This document shows positions 15,851 through 31,843 of a stretch of DNA of 32,000 nt, piece after piece. The DNA is from Methylorubrum extorquens. Lineage in GTDB: Bacteria; Pseudomonadota; Alphaproteobacteria; Rhizobiales; Beijerinckiaceae. Numbering within the stretch: the first letter of the stretch is position 1; each line of letters starts with the position of its first letter. The stretch lies in the NCBI GenBank assembly GCA_900234795.1, contig LT962688.1, forward strand, positions 4,020,001-4,052,000. Reading direction: 5' to 3'. Position numbers and translations under genes: made by a program. The notes beneath the pieces are model-generated. The model had not been told where the DNA came from and did not search any database. It saw only the letters and a list, made by a program, of their open reading frames with translations.

Positions 15851-16897
15851 ATGGAGTTCGGCATCGACAGCTTTGCCGTCACCCTTCCCGACCCGAAGAC
15901 GGGTCGGACCCTGCCGGCGGCCGAGCGCATGGAACGCTTGCTCGCCGAGGTCGAGGCCGCCGACCGGGCGGGGCTCGACGTCTTGGGCATTGGCGAGCAC
16001 CACCGCGCCGAGTTTCTGGACGCGGCGCCCGCGATCATCCTCGCGGCTGCGGCCGCGCGCACCAGAACCATACGCCTGACAAGCGCCGTCACCGTGCTGA
16101 GCGCGGCCGATCCGGTCCGCGTCTTCCAGGAATTCGCTACCCTCGACCTGATCGCCAAGGGACGGGCCGAGATCGTGGTCGGACGCGGCTCCTTCGGCGA
16201 GGCCTACCCGCTCTTCGGCTTCGCCGCCCACGACTACGACGCGCTGTTCGCCGAGAAGTTAGACCTGCTCCTGGCTTTGCGCGACCAAACCCACGTGACC
16301 TGGCGCGGCCGGTTCCGGCCGCCGCTGAGCGGCCAGGGTGTCTACCCGCGCCCGCACCAGGACAGGCTCCCGATCTGGATCGGAGTCGGCGGGACGCCGG
16401 CGTCCTTCGCCCGAGCGGGCACCCTGGGCCTACCCTTGATGGTCGCCATCATCGGCGGCAGCTTCCAGCGCTTCCGTCCCCTGGTCGAGCTCTACCGGGA
16501 AGCCGGCCGGAAGGCGGGGCATGCGCCGGAGACGTTGAGGGTGGGCGTGCACGCGGTCGGGTTCGTCGCCGACACGGACCGTGCCGCACAAGAGGCGTTC
16601 TATCCGGGCTGGGCGCAGATGTTCGGAAAGATCGGAGCGGAGCGTGGCTGGCCGAGTACGGACCTGCGCGAGCAGTTCCAGGCGATGTGCGGCCCTTACG
16701 GCGCCTACCTCATCGGCGCGCCGGAGACGGTTGCGGCAAAGGTGCTCGACGCCAACGCGGCGCTGGGCGGCCTCTCCCGCCTGACCTTCCAGATGAGCTC
16801 GGCGATGCAGGAGCCGGACGCCATGGAGCGGTCGATCACACTTCTGGGTACTGAGGTGATGCCGCGGGTGAAGGCGGAACTCGCGAAGGCGGTGTGA
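15851..16897 (+). CDS. LLM-class (luciferase-like) flavin-dependent oxidoreductase
   Basis: 348 aa. MEFGIDSF...LDVLGIGEHHRAEFLDAAP...LTSAVTVLSAADPVRVFQEFATLDLIAKGRAEIVVGRGSF is a typical TIM-barrel LLM signature. Confidence 0.85.
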   Translation: MEFGIDSFAVTLPDPKTGRTLPAAERMERLLAEVEAADRAGLDVLGIGEHHRAEFLDAAPAIILAAAAARTRTIRLTSAVTVLSAADPVRVFQEFATLDLIAKGRAEIVVGRGSFGEAYPLFGFAAHDYDALFAEKLDLLLALRDQTHVTWRGRFRPPLSGQGVYPRPHQDRLPIWIGVGGTPASFARAGTLGLPLMVAIIGGSFQRFRPLVELYREAGRKAGHAPETLRVGVHAVGFVADTDRAAQEAFYPGWAQMFGKIGAERGWPSTDLREQFQAMCGPYGAYLIGAPETVAAKVLDANAALGGLSRLTFQMSSAMQEPDAMERSITLLGTEVMPRVKAELAKAV

Positions 16898-17020
16898 AAA
16901 GAGGTGTCGCCCTCACCTCGTCAGGGCATCAAGTTGCAGACGCTCCCTCACGAAAACCTCGAACTTGAGAGAAGCACGCGCAGTCGGTCTGACGGCCCCC
17001 GTTGAGCCTGACGCGGCCTG

Positions 17021-17923
17021 TCACCCTCCGATGTGGGCTGCCAGTTCGTCGGCAGTTCCCATCGGAAAAGCCTCCTTGAGATGGTCGAGGAAGGCCGAGA
17101 CCCGTGCGCTCAGCAGACGCCGCGATGGATAGAGGGTCCAGAGAGCGATCTCAGGTCTGTCGAGGTCGCCCCAGAGGACCAGCCGGCCGGCGGCCAGATC
17201 ATGACTGACGAGCGAGAGGGGAAGGCGTCCGGCACCGGCGCCAGCTCTGACCGCGTCGCGAACCATCATCAGCGACGGTAGGCTCAGGACGGGCTCGGCG
17301 GTGACGCTCGATCTGCCCGCAGGCGACTTCATATTCCAGATCATGGAGCCCTCCATCGGTCCGCGTATGACGGCGGGAGCGGTCGTATCGCCCGTCGGCC
17401 GGACCATGCTCGGAGCAGCCACGACGACCAGACGGTCCCGCAGGAAGATACGTCCGACGAGGCTCTCGTCCGGATCGGGATTCACCCGGATCACGAGGTC
17501 GTAGCCCTCTTCCACCATATCGACGGCACGGTCCTCCGTGGTGACTTCGAGCCGAACCTCTGGATGCTTGAGGGCGAACCCGACGGCGAGCTTTGCCATC
17601 GCGGACTGTGAGAAAAGCACGGGCGCGCTGATGCGTAACCGGCCCCGTGGCCTGTCGCCCCCCGTCGCGATGGCCGCAGCCGTTTCGCTGAGTTCCGTGA
17701 GCAACACCTTCGTCCGCTCGTGGAGCGCCCGGCCTTCCTCCGTCAGCTTCAGGATGCGCGCCCCACGTTCGAACAGGCGCAGGGCGAGGCTGGCCTCCAG
17801 CTCCGCAACGCGGCGGGACAGCGTCGCCTTTGGTCGTCCGGCGGCGCGTGCAGCCCGGCCGAAGCCGCCGTGTTGGGCGACGAGGTTGAAATCTGCGAGG
17901 GCGAGGAGGTCCATGCGTTCCAC
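17021..17923 (-). CDS. LysR-family transcriptional regulator
   Basis: 300 aa. LLALADFNLVAQHGGFGRAARAAGRPKATLSRRVAELEASLALRLFERG. Confidence 0.9.
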   Translation of the reverse strand: MERMDLLALADFNLVAQHGGFGRAARAAGRPKATLSRRVAELEASLALRLFERGARILKLTEEGRALHERTKVLLTELSETAAAIATGGDRPRGRLRISAPVLFSQSAMAKLAVGFALKHPEVRLEVTTEDRAVDMVEEGYDLVIRVNPDPDESLVGRIFLRDRLVVVAAPSMVRPTGDTTAPAVIRGPMEGSMIWNMKSPAGRSSVTAEPVLSLPSLMMVRDAVRAGAGAGRLPLSLVSHDLAAGRLVLWGDLDRPEIALWTLYPSRRLLSARVSAFLDHLKEAFPMGTADELAAHIGG

Positions 17924-18017
17924 CAGCGAGACGGACCGTCCTATCAGGAGGCCTATTGGATCGCGAGCGGGTCCATCATCTTCCAGGTGTCGTTTGAGGC
18001 AAAACTGGAGTTACCCC

Positions 18018-18887
18018 ATGACCATTCTCGTCACCGGCGCGACCGGCACCGTCGGCAGCCATGTCGTCGAGCACCTCATCAAGCGCGGCGCCGACGTCCG
18101 CGCCCTGGTCCGTGACCCGTCGAAGGCCAAGTTGCCGGCGGGCGTCACCGCGGTCCAGGGAGACCTGCTCGATGTCGACGCAATGCGGAACGCCCTTTCG
18201 GGCGTCTCGACCCTGTTCCTGCTGAACGCGGTCGTGCCCGACGAGGTCACCCAGGCGCTGATCGCGCTCAATCTCGCCCGAGAGGCTGGGATCGAGCGGA
18301 TCGTCTACCTGTCGGTGATCCACAGCGACCTCTACGTGAACGTGCCACACTTCGCGGGCAAGTTCGGGGTCGAGCGCATGATCGAGGCGATGGGTTTCAA
18401 CGCCACCGTCCTGCGCCCCGCCTACTTCATGAACAACGATGTCATAGTCAAAGATGTGGTGCGTGCCTATGGCATCTACCCTATGCCCATCGGAGCCAAA
18501 GGCCTCGCGATGATCGACGCTGCCGACCTCGGCGAAATCGCGGCTCTCGAGCTCATCCGCCGCGAACAGGCCGAGACGCCACTTCCCTTCGACCGGATCA
18601 ACCTCGTCGGTCCCGAGACGCTGACGGGGTCGGACGTTGCCGCCATCTGGTCCGATGTCCTAGGCCGCCAGATCAACTACGGTGGCGATGATACCGCCGC
18701 GTTCGAGCAGAACCTTCGGCAGAAGCACGTGCCGGGCTGGATGGCCTTCGACATGCGCCTGATGTGCGAGCGCTTTCTCAGCGTGGGGATGCTGCCCGAC
18801 GCCGGCGATGTCGACCGCCTCACCGCACTGTTGGGACGTCCGCTGCGCTCCTATCGTGCCTTCGCCCAGGCCGCAGCAACCGCCTAA
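18018..18887 (+). CDS. NmrA-family NAD(P)H-binding protein (atypical SDR)
   Basis: 289 aa from the ATG 8 nt after GGAG. MTILVTGATGTVGSHVVEHLIKRGADVRALVRDP is a Rossmann TGxxGxxG motif. The tracked ORF (17538..) has a spurious N-terminal extension antisense to the LysR gene. Confidence 0.85.
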   Translation: MTILVTGATGTVGSHVVEHLIKRGADVRALVRDPSKAKLPAGVTAVQGDLLDVDAMRNALSGVSTLFLLNAVVPDEVTQALIALNLAREAGIERIVYLSVIHSDLYVNVPHFAGKFGVERMIEAMGFNATVLRPAYFMNNDVIVKDVVRAYGIYPMPIGAKGLAMIDAADLGEIAALELIRREQAETPLPFDRINLVGPETLTGSDVAAIWSDVLGRQINYGGDDTAAFEQNLRQKHVPGWMAFDMRLMCERFLSVGMLPDAGDVDRLTALLGRPLRSYRAFAQAAATA

Positions 18888-19157
18888 ATGCTCGCTGCGA
18901 GACATCGGCGACCATCAAGCCAGGACGTTGTGGCCGCCGGACGAATCATTCCATCTCGACGGCAGCTGTCGGGCTCCAAAGCAGCCATTCCAGTGGTTCG
19001 ATCCGAAGGTCCGCTGATGGCGCGTTGCTGACTTCGCCACATGTCCGACGCCTTCAGTCCTGGCTGATCCGTGCAATCAGCCCGGATCAGAGCCAGCCGG
19101 TGACGTCATGACGCTCGTCGCGTCGGGCATCACCGGGAAGACGTGCATCTCCGACTC

Positions 19158-21241
19158 TTATTCGATTGGCATCGTCCCATGCGCATTGCTGAGCAGACCA
19201 CGTAGGGTTTCGACCAACTCAGTCGCGCGATACGGTTTCTGCAGCAACGAAAAGCCGTTCGTGTCCTGGTCTTCTTGAAGGTAGCCGGACGACAGCAAAA
19301 TCGGCATGTGTGGCCATCGCTGGCGGATGATGTGCCCAAGCTCGATGCCGTTCATCGCGCCCGGCATGTTCACGTCGCTGAAAACGAGGGAAATGTTCGA
19401 CTCTATTTGCAGGAGGCGGAGGGCCTCGTCGACGTCCTGCGCACTGAAAACCTTGAACGCAAGCGCTTCAAAAGTCGAGACGACTGTAAAGCGAACATCA
19501 GCGTCGTCCTCGACGACGAGCACGGCTCTCCCTGCACCATTCATCGCGTTCTGCGGTCCGGGGGCGTTCCCTGGATCGATTTCCTCCGCCGAAAAACCCT
19601 GCTTGGCGAGCACGGGCAGCGTAATAACGAACCGGGTGCCTTGGTCCGGATTGCTGTCAACGGCGATGGTTCCGCCGCTCTGCTGTACGAAACCGTAGAC
19701 CATGCTCAGACCGAGCCCGGTGCCTTTACCGGCCTCCTTGGTCGTGAAGAAGGGTTCGAATACGCGAGCGAGGACGGCTGGAGACATCCCTGTGCCCGAG
19801 TCTGTGACCGCGATCTCGACTGAGTGCACCTGCTCGGAGTCCTCCTGCGCGTCGGCCTCATGACGCTTGATGCGAATGCCCAAGGTCCCTCCGTCTGGCA
19901 TCGCGTCCCGCGCATTCACAGCGAGGTTGATGAGGGCGGCCTCGAACTGAGCGTGATCAACGCAGACTTCCGGCAGTCCATCCTGCAGGTCGGCGGAGAT
20001 CGCAATCCGCTCCCCAAGGGTGCGTTCTAGAAGCTTTATCAGGCCAGGTATGAAGCTCGTGAAGTCCAACGCTCTGGGCTGGAGAGGAGAGCGCCGGGAG
20101 AAGGCCAGCAGCCGGCTGGTCAGTTCAGCGCAGCGATGGGCTCCCTCGATGGCGCTCTCGATGCGGCGGAGCGCTTTCTCATTGCCCGACAACGAGCTCT
20201 TCACCAAATCAAGGTTGCCGATCACGATGCTCAGCATATTGTTGAAGTCGTGCGCAATACCGCCTGTCAGACGGCCAACCGCCTCAAGCTTTGAGGCATG
20301 CTGCAAGCTGAGTTCAAGCTCCTTGCGCTCTGTCACGTCGAACCACATCCCAAACAGTTCGACTGGCGTACCATTCTCATCACCGTTGATCACGATCTGA
20401 TCGAGAATGTGCCGCTCCCTGCCGTCTGCGTTGCGCCAACGATATTCGAGAGTTACCGCGCCAGATTCCGAGACCGTGCTCAGATCTGCAGAGATCCTGT
20501 CCCTGTCATCCGGTTCAAGCTGCTCCCCCCAGAGGTTTGAGGCAGCAAAGGCCTCGCGCGAGAAGCCGGTGATGCGCTCGATGCTGTCATTCGTGAAGTG
20601 AAGCCGTCGATCGTCTCCACTGAGTGGCGAGGTGTAGAGCGCAATGGGGAGGCCGCGCAGGACAGCGGCCTGATGTTCCTCACGCCTGCGCAGAGCCTGC
20701 TCGGCGGCAAGCTTCTCGCCCCGTACGCGCAGGTTTTCGAGGAGCAGCTGCTTCTCGGCCGCCGCCTTGCGCTGGATCTCCGCTGTCTTCAGGTACAGGT
20801 CGACGAAGACATCGACCTTCGATTTGAGGACGAGCGGCTGGATCGGTTTGAACACGTAGTCCACCGCTCCGGCGGAGTATCCGCGGAAGATGTGGATGTC
20901 CTCCTTGTTGTGGGCCGTGAGGAACAGGATCGGGACACGGGACGTGCGCGAGCGGCTGCGGATCAGGGAGGCGACCTCGTAGCCGTCCATGCGCGGCATC
21001 TGCACGTCGAGCAGGATCAGGGCGAAATCCTCCCGGAGCGCCTGCCGCAGGGCTTCCTCGGGCGAGTTCGCCAGCACGAGGTCGATCGCCGGATCGGCGA
21101 GGACCTCGGAGGCGGCGAGGAGATTGCGCTGATCGTCATCGACGATCAGGATCTTCGCCCGAACCGGATCGGGCTCAGTGCGAGCGCTCCGCGGCTCGGC
21201 GGAGCTGCCGGTCCCGGTCGGTAGGAAACTCAGCCCGTCCT

Positions 21242-21245
<4 letters not shown>
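19158..21245 (-). CDS. Hybrid sensor kinase with REC, coiled coil, PAS, HisKA, HATPase_c and REC domains
   Basis: 695 aa from MKDGLSF. The ATG at 21245 overlaps the upstream stop as ATGA. REC1 is [12 protein letters not shown]...[15 protein letters not shown]. The PAS region is [17 protein letters not shown]...[11 protein letters not shown]. The H-box is [11 protein letters not shown]. The G-boxes are DSGTGM and [14 protein letters not shown]2 is [10 protein letters not shown]...[14 protein letters not shown]. The tracked longer N-terminus (to 21401) is Arg/Pro-rich and lies inside the upstream gene. Confidence 0.9.
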
Positions 21246-27055
<5,810 letters not shown>

Positions 27056-27710
27056 GCGGGTACACCCTTAGGGTAGATGATACAGACCAGCGAGGCATTC
27101 TTTGGATCGTCGGCGGCTGTGAGAAACCACTGGCGAGGAAGAACGGCAATAGGGCGCAGCGTAAATGGTTGCTCGATCCTTCGGTCCGCAGAGCGGCCCA
27201 GCACGTTGCTCTTTCCGATGCATGGCCGCTCGGCTGAGAATAGGCCCGCTCGTCGCAGCGCAGATCGTTATTTTTTCGTTTCGCGTCGCGCTCTGCCGTG
27301 ACGGGCAGCAAGCGAGAGGCTGTTATGGCCTTGCCGGCTAGGAGGCTCAAATGATGGATTATGAGCCGATCCCGGAAAGCCTACCCGTCTGATGTATCCA
27401 ATGCTCCCCTGCAGCCACGAATATTTCCGTCAGAAAGCTAGGTATTCCCCGCACCAAGGACCGACCTTGTATCAACAACGGACTGTCCGCCGGCCGCGGG
27501 CGAAAGTCCGTTGATGGAGCAAAGCCAAGGTCCGCTTCTGGACCGAAGCCCGAGGACCGGTTGTGGCGCACAGCACAACCACCGGCGTGCGAACTCCTAA
27601 CCCCTTGCAGTACTCGGAGTTCATTCGGATCGGCGCTGAAGACGACGATGGACTTTCGCACGCGAAAAGCTGCATCTTGGGCTGGGGGCCCCGTGTGAGT
27701 CGGAGGCACC

Positions 27711-28520
27711 ATGAACTACGAAATCCAACCTCATAACGCCAAGCCTGCCAGTATCTGGAACTCCGGCGGCGCTCATTACAACGAGATCAGTCGCGGCATC
27801 GCCGACAGTATTGAACACTGCGTACTGCGTCTCGATCCGAAGCCGGGCGAGCGGGTGCTCGACCTCGCCACCGGCACCGGCTGGACTTCGCGCGTCGTCG
27901 CCCGGCGGGGTGCGCAGGTGACTGGGGCCGACATCAGCGCCGATCTCTTGTCGTTCGCCGCTGAGCAGGCTCGGGCCGAGGGTCTCGACATCGATTACCA
28001 GCTGGGCGACGCTGAGAGACTGCCCTTTGCCGACGGCGCGTTTGACGCCATCATCTCGACCTGCGGCGTGATGTTCGCTAGCCGGCCTGAGGCCGCGGCC
28101 GCTGAGTTGGCACGTGTCTGTCGCAAGGGCGGAAGGATTTGCCTCACCACCTGGCTGTCGAACGACAATGTGTTCAGGATGTTCATGGTGATGAAGTCCT
28201 ACATGCCGCCACCGCCCAATCCGGCCCCGCCCTCGCCATTTGAGTGGGGCCGCACTGAGCGGCTTGAGGAACTGCTGGGTCGGGACTTCGAGCTGGCTTT
28301 CGAGAACGGCGTCTCGTTCTATCGCGAGCAGAGTGCAGAGGCGGCCTGGGAGCGGTTCGCCGGTGGCTACGGTCCGACCAAGGCTCTGGCCGCCAGCCTC
28401 GACGAGGACCGCCGCGCCAATCTGCGGCGCGACTTCATCGCCTTCCATGCCCAGTTTTCCACCCCGCTCGGTATCTGCGTTCCCCGCGCGTACTGGGTCA
28501 CGCGTGGGATTCGCCACTAG
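27711..28520 (+). CDS. Class I SAM-dependent methyltransferase
   Basis: 269 aa. Motif I VLDLATGTGWTSRVVARRG, post-I GADIS and motif II FDAIISTCGVMF (Methyltransf_11-like). SD GGAGG lies 5 nt before the ATG. Confidence 0.85.
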   Translation: MNYEIQPHNAKPASIWNSGGAHYNEISRGIADSIEHCVLRLDPKPGERVLDLATGTGWTSRVVARRGAQVTGADISADLLSFAAEQARAEGLDIDYQLGDAERLPFADGAFDAIISTCGVMFASRPEAAAAELARVCRKGGRICLTTWLSNDNVFRMFMVMKSYMPPPPNPAPPSPFEWGRTERLEELLGRDFELAFENGVSFYREQSAEAAWERFAGGYGPTKALAASLDEDRRANLRRDFIAFHAQFSTPLGICVPRAYWVTRGIRH

Positions 28521-28619
28521 CCTGAGCCTGGCTGGGCCGTGGTCAGGAACGGCCCTGCCACGATACGGCCCACCTCATCACCTCGATCCAGAGCATCACT
28601 CCTGCGCAGGGAGGCTGGC

Positions 28620-29495
28620 ATGAAGAGTTGCGCAATCCTTACTTTGACAGTGCTCGCGATCGGCCCGGCATCAGCCGACCCGGTGGAACTCGCGGACTTT
28701 CGTGACCTGTTGCGACCTCCGCCGACCCTGCAGCTCACCTACGGTGATGCCCCCTCTCAAGGCATCGATGTATTCCTGCCCGCAAGCCCCGGCCCACACC
28801 CAGTCGCGGTTCTCATCCACGGCGGTTGCTGGAGCGCTACCACCGCCGGACGCGAGCAGATGCGTCACCTAGGACCCGATCTGACGCGTCGCGGCGTTGC
28901 CGTGTGGAGCATCGGCTACCGCCGTGCCAACGAGGCCGGCGGCGGCTATCCCGGAACTTATCAGGACGTGGGCGCTGCTCTGGACCGCCTCGCTGAAGAG
29001 GCAGGAGCCCACCACTTGGATCTCTCACGAGTGGTATTGGTGGGCCACTCGGCAGGTGGCCATCTCGCCCTCTGGGTGGCCTCGCGCGGCTTGCTTCCCG
29101 CCACGAGCCCTCTTCACGCAGCGACCGGGTTTGTCCCGCGGGCGGTGATCAGCCTGGGCGGCGTGGGGGATCTTGCGACGTTCGCGCGGTTCATCCCGGT
29201 GCTCTGCGGCCCGGGCATTGTCGAGCGGATCGCCCCAGCAGACAAGCTATCGGAAGTATCACCCGCAGCCCTCCCGACCGCCGGGGTGCCGATCTTTCTG
29301 GTCAGCGGCGTACTGGACCGACTCACACCGCCATGGGTCGCCTACGACTATGCGCGCGCTGTACGAGGGCAGTTCGGACCTGCGCCACAACTCATCAACG
29401 TCTCGGATGCCGGACACTTCGACGTGGTCACCCCGTCGACACCGGCTTGGCAGGAGGTGCGTGGTCTCATCGAGGCATCCTTGGAACTCCATTAG
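28620..29495 (+). CDS. Secreted alpha/beta-fold hydrolase (esterase/lipase type)
   Basis: 291 aa from the ATG after GGGAGGCTGGC. Signal peptide MKSCAILTLTVLAIGPASA-DP. Oxyanion HGGCW, nucleophile elbow GHSAGG and late D/H (SDAGHFD). The tracked ORF opens at 28539. Confidence 0.8.
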   Translation: MKSCAILTLTVLAIGPASADPVELADFRDLLRPPPTLQLTYGDAPSQGIDVFLPASPGPHPVAVLIHGGCWSATTAGREQMRHLGPDLTRRGVAVWSIGYRRANEAGGGYPGTYQDVGAALDRLAEEAGAHHLDLSRVVLVGHSAGGHLALWVASRGLLPATSPLHAATGFVPRAVISLGGVGDLATFARFIPVLCGPGIVERIAPADKLSEVSPAALPTAGVPIFLVSGVLDRLTPPWVAYDYARAVRGQFGPAPQLINVSDAGHFDVVTPSTPAWQEVRGLIEASLELH

Positions 29496-29859
29496 GTTGC
29501 CGTCAGACCGGTCTGTGTGCGGGCCCGCTCGGTCGAGCTCAGCGTTTCTGATGTGCCTTATGCGTCGAGGTCCAGTGTACGGGCTCGCTATGCCTATAGA
29601 GGCGAACTGGTACGTTCATGATGCGCATCAAGCGGCCGATCCTATGCGGCCCGACCATGAGCCGACGCACGATGACGCTTTGAAGTGATTATGCGCTGAT
29701 CCGCATGAGCTTTGTCGTGCAGGAGAGTGCGGTGATCTTTGGCGAACGGATCATTCTGGTCTATCGCCACCAATTAGAGGTGATCGCAGGCGGCGAGACG
29801 CTTCTGCGAGCCAATCAATTCAAGGCCAAATCGCTCCGGCCAATGGCTGAGACCGAATG

Positions 29860-30528
29860 TCAGCGCAGGGGAATCTCTCCATGAAGCCAACCCTGGAGAA
29901 TGGCGAACTGAACGATCTGTGCCCGGCTTGCGAGACCGAGCTTGGTGCAGGCCCGAGCCTTTTGGGTCTCGATCGCCTTGGGGGTTGCGCCGAGCCGGTC
30001 GGCGACTTCCTTGCTCGTGAAGCCGAAGGCGACGAACCGGAGGATGTCGCGCTCGCGCTCGCTCAAGGTTGAGCACGCCGCCTCATCCACGCTTGAACTC
30101 AGCCGCCGATGCGGAGCGGTGCGTTCCGGCAATGCCGGATCGAGATAGATGCCGCCGGCATGAACCGCTCGCACCGCGCTGGCGATGTTCTGGAAGGCCG
30201 ACCGCTTGAGAACATAGCCGCGGGCGCCCGCCTCAAAGGCTTGGTCGATGTAGACCCGGCTCTCATAGACGCTCAGCATGATAGCCTGGGTCCGCGTCCC
30301 GGTTCTGGCGAGATGGCGAAGAACGGTGACGCCATTCATCTCCGGCATATTGATGTCGAGGATGGCGACGTCCGGCTCGTGCTGAACAATCGCCCGGTAG
30401 GCGGCCGCGCCCGTTTCGACGGAGGCCACCACGACGATCTCGCCGGAATCAGCGATCAGGCTCGTCACACCGTGACGGAAAACCGGATGATCGTCCGCCA
30501 GCACGACGTGGATCAGGGTCCTAGGCAT
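29860..30528 (-). CDS. NarL/FixJ-family response regulator (REC plus LuxR-type HTH)
   Basis: 222 aa from MPRTLIHVVLADDHPVF. Phospho-acceptor context DVAILDINMPEMNG. HTH is LSERERDILRFVAFGFTSKEVADRLGATPKAIETQKARACTKLG. The ATG at 30528 overlaps the kinase stop (ATGCCTAG, 8-bp overlap). Confidence 0.9.
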   Translation of the reverse strand: MPRTLIHVVLADDHPVFRHGVTSLIADSGEIVVVASVETGAAAYRAIVQHEPDVAILDINMPEMNGVTVLRHLARTGTRTQAIMLSVYESRVYIDQAFEAGARGYVLKRSAFQNIASAVRAVHAGGIYLDPALPERTAPHRRLSSSVDEAACSTLSERERDILRFVAFGFTSKEVADRLGATPKAIETQKARACTKLGLASRAQIVQFAILQGWLHGEIPLR

Positions 30529-31843
30529 GCCCGCTTTCCTCGACGGACCGGTAGGCGCGGGCAACGATGCTCGTGCCCCGGCCGGGAGCCGACTCGATGT
30601 TCAGCGTGCCGTCGACCAGCGCCATCCGTTCACGCATGCCGAGCAGGCCGAGCTTCCCCTGGGAGACGAGACTGGTCGCGATTGCCTCGTCGGCCGCGAA
30701 GCCGCTGCCGTTGTCGTCGATCGTCAGCGTGACTTGCAAAGCGCTGAACCGCAGCACGACCGACACGCATACGCCCGGCCCCGCATGTTTCGCCACGTTC
30801 GTGAGCGCCTCCTGAGCCAAGCGATAGAGCGTGATCGCCGTCTCCAGCGGAAAATCGACCTCCTCCCCGACGATCTGAAACTCGGTCACGATTTCCGTCA
30901 CCCGGCTCCACTCATCCACGAGCGAGCGCAGCGCGGTCACGAAGCCGAACTCATCGAGGGCGGCCGGCCGGAGTTCGAGGGTCACCCTCCGGAGCGATTG
31001 CCCGATGTCCTGGGTGTGGCGGAGAAGTTGCTCGACCTCATGGATGGCCGTTGGGCAAGACAGGCGTGACGCGATCTTTCTCAGGCCGAAGGTCAGCGTG
31101 ACGAGTTGCTGACCGGCATGATCATGGAGATCGCGCGCGAGACGCCGCCGCTCGTCCTGCCCGGCCCGGTAGAGCCTTGATAGAACGGCGTCACGCTCGG
31201 CCTCGGCACGCTGCCGTGCCTGCGCGTCCTCCTCGAGGTGGACCAGCAACCGGCTGCGCTCGGTCAGGAGCGCCTGCATCTCGATCTCACGCCGCTTCCG
31301 CTCCTGCATGACGCGCCGGACATCGTTCAGCCGCTCCGTGAGGAGGTGAAGGCGGCCCTCCAGGTTCGTCGGCGTGAGATGAAGCAGGACGAGTGGCTCG
31401 TCACCATAGGCGCGCAGGACGATGCGCGCGCCCCGGCATGGATGACGACAGGAACTCTCGGCTCCGGCGCGGACGAACACCGCGCCGGGGATCGGGTTCT
31501 CGGTCCGCGAACACAGGCTGAGGTAGCGGCTCATCCGCTCGCGATGTGTCCCCTCGACCGGCAGGGGAAGGCCGATCGCGAGGTCCGGCAAACGGTCGAA
31601 CGCGGCTGGATTGGCGTCTTCCACGAGCCCGAACCGGCCCACCAGGATCAGGGGATCCGCAACGAAGGCGAACAGCGCAGCGAAGTCGGACTCAGGCCCA
31701 GGCTCGCCGATGATACCGCCGCCCGCTGCCGGTTGTGTTCGGGTCGAGGTTGATGACGACCCGGCACTCGGACGCCCCCGCGGCGATGGTTTCGGGAAGA
31801 TCGACTCGTGCATATCCCTGACTCTCCGCGGCCAGATGCCCAC
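30521..31843 (-). CDS. Cytoplasmic HisKA_3-type sensor histidine kinase (PAS-like, coiled coil, HisKA_3, HATPase_c)
   Basis: H-box ERRRLARDLHDHAGQQL. N-box EALTNVAKHAG. G-boxes DDNGSGF and GLLGMRERMALVDGTL...APGRGTSI. No TM segments. Start is unresolved: the ATGs at 31843 and 31813 both overlap the upstream ORF by more than 120 nt. Confidence 0.8.
   Translation of the reverse strand: MGIWPRRVRDMHESIFPKPSPRGRPSAGSSSTSTRTQPAAGGGIIGEPGPESDFAALFAFVADPLILVGRFGLVEDANPAAFDRLPDLAIGLPLPVEGTHRERMSRYLSLCSRTENPIPGAVFVRAGAESSCRHPCRGARIVLRAYGDEPLVLLHLTPTNLEGRLHLLTERLNDVRRVMQERKRREIEMQALLTERSRLLVHLEEDAQARQRAEAERDAVLSRLYRAGQDERRRLARDLHDHAGQQLVTLTFGLRKIASRLSCPTAIHEVEQLLRHTQDIGQSLRRVTLELRPAALDEFGFVTALRSLVDEWSRVTEIVTEFQIVGEEVDFPLETAITLYRLAQEALTNVAKHAGPGVCVSVVLRFSALQVTLTIDDNGSGFAADEAIATSLVSQGKLGLLGMRERMALVDGTLNIESAPGRGTSIVARAYRSVEESGHA

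Noticed and set aside
15152-16854. ORFs 15152..16231 (minus, 359 aa) and 15379..16854 (plus, 491 aa)
   Set aside because: These are off-frame or antisense shadows of the DoxX and LLM oxidoreductase genes. Their composition is extremely rich in Arg, Gly and Pro.
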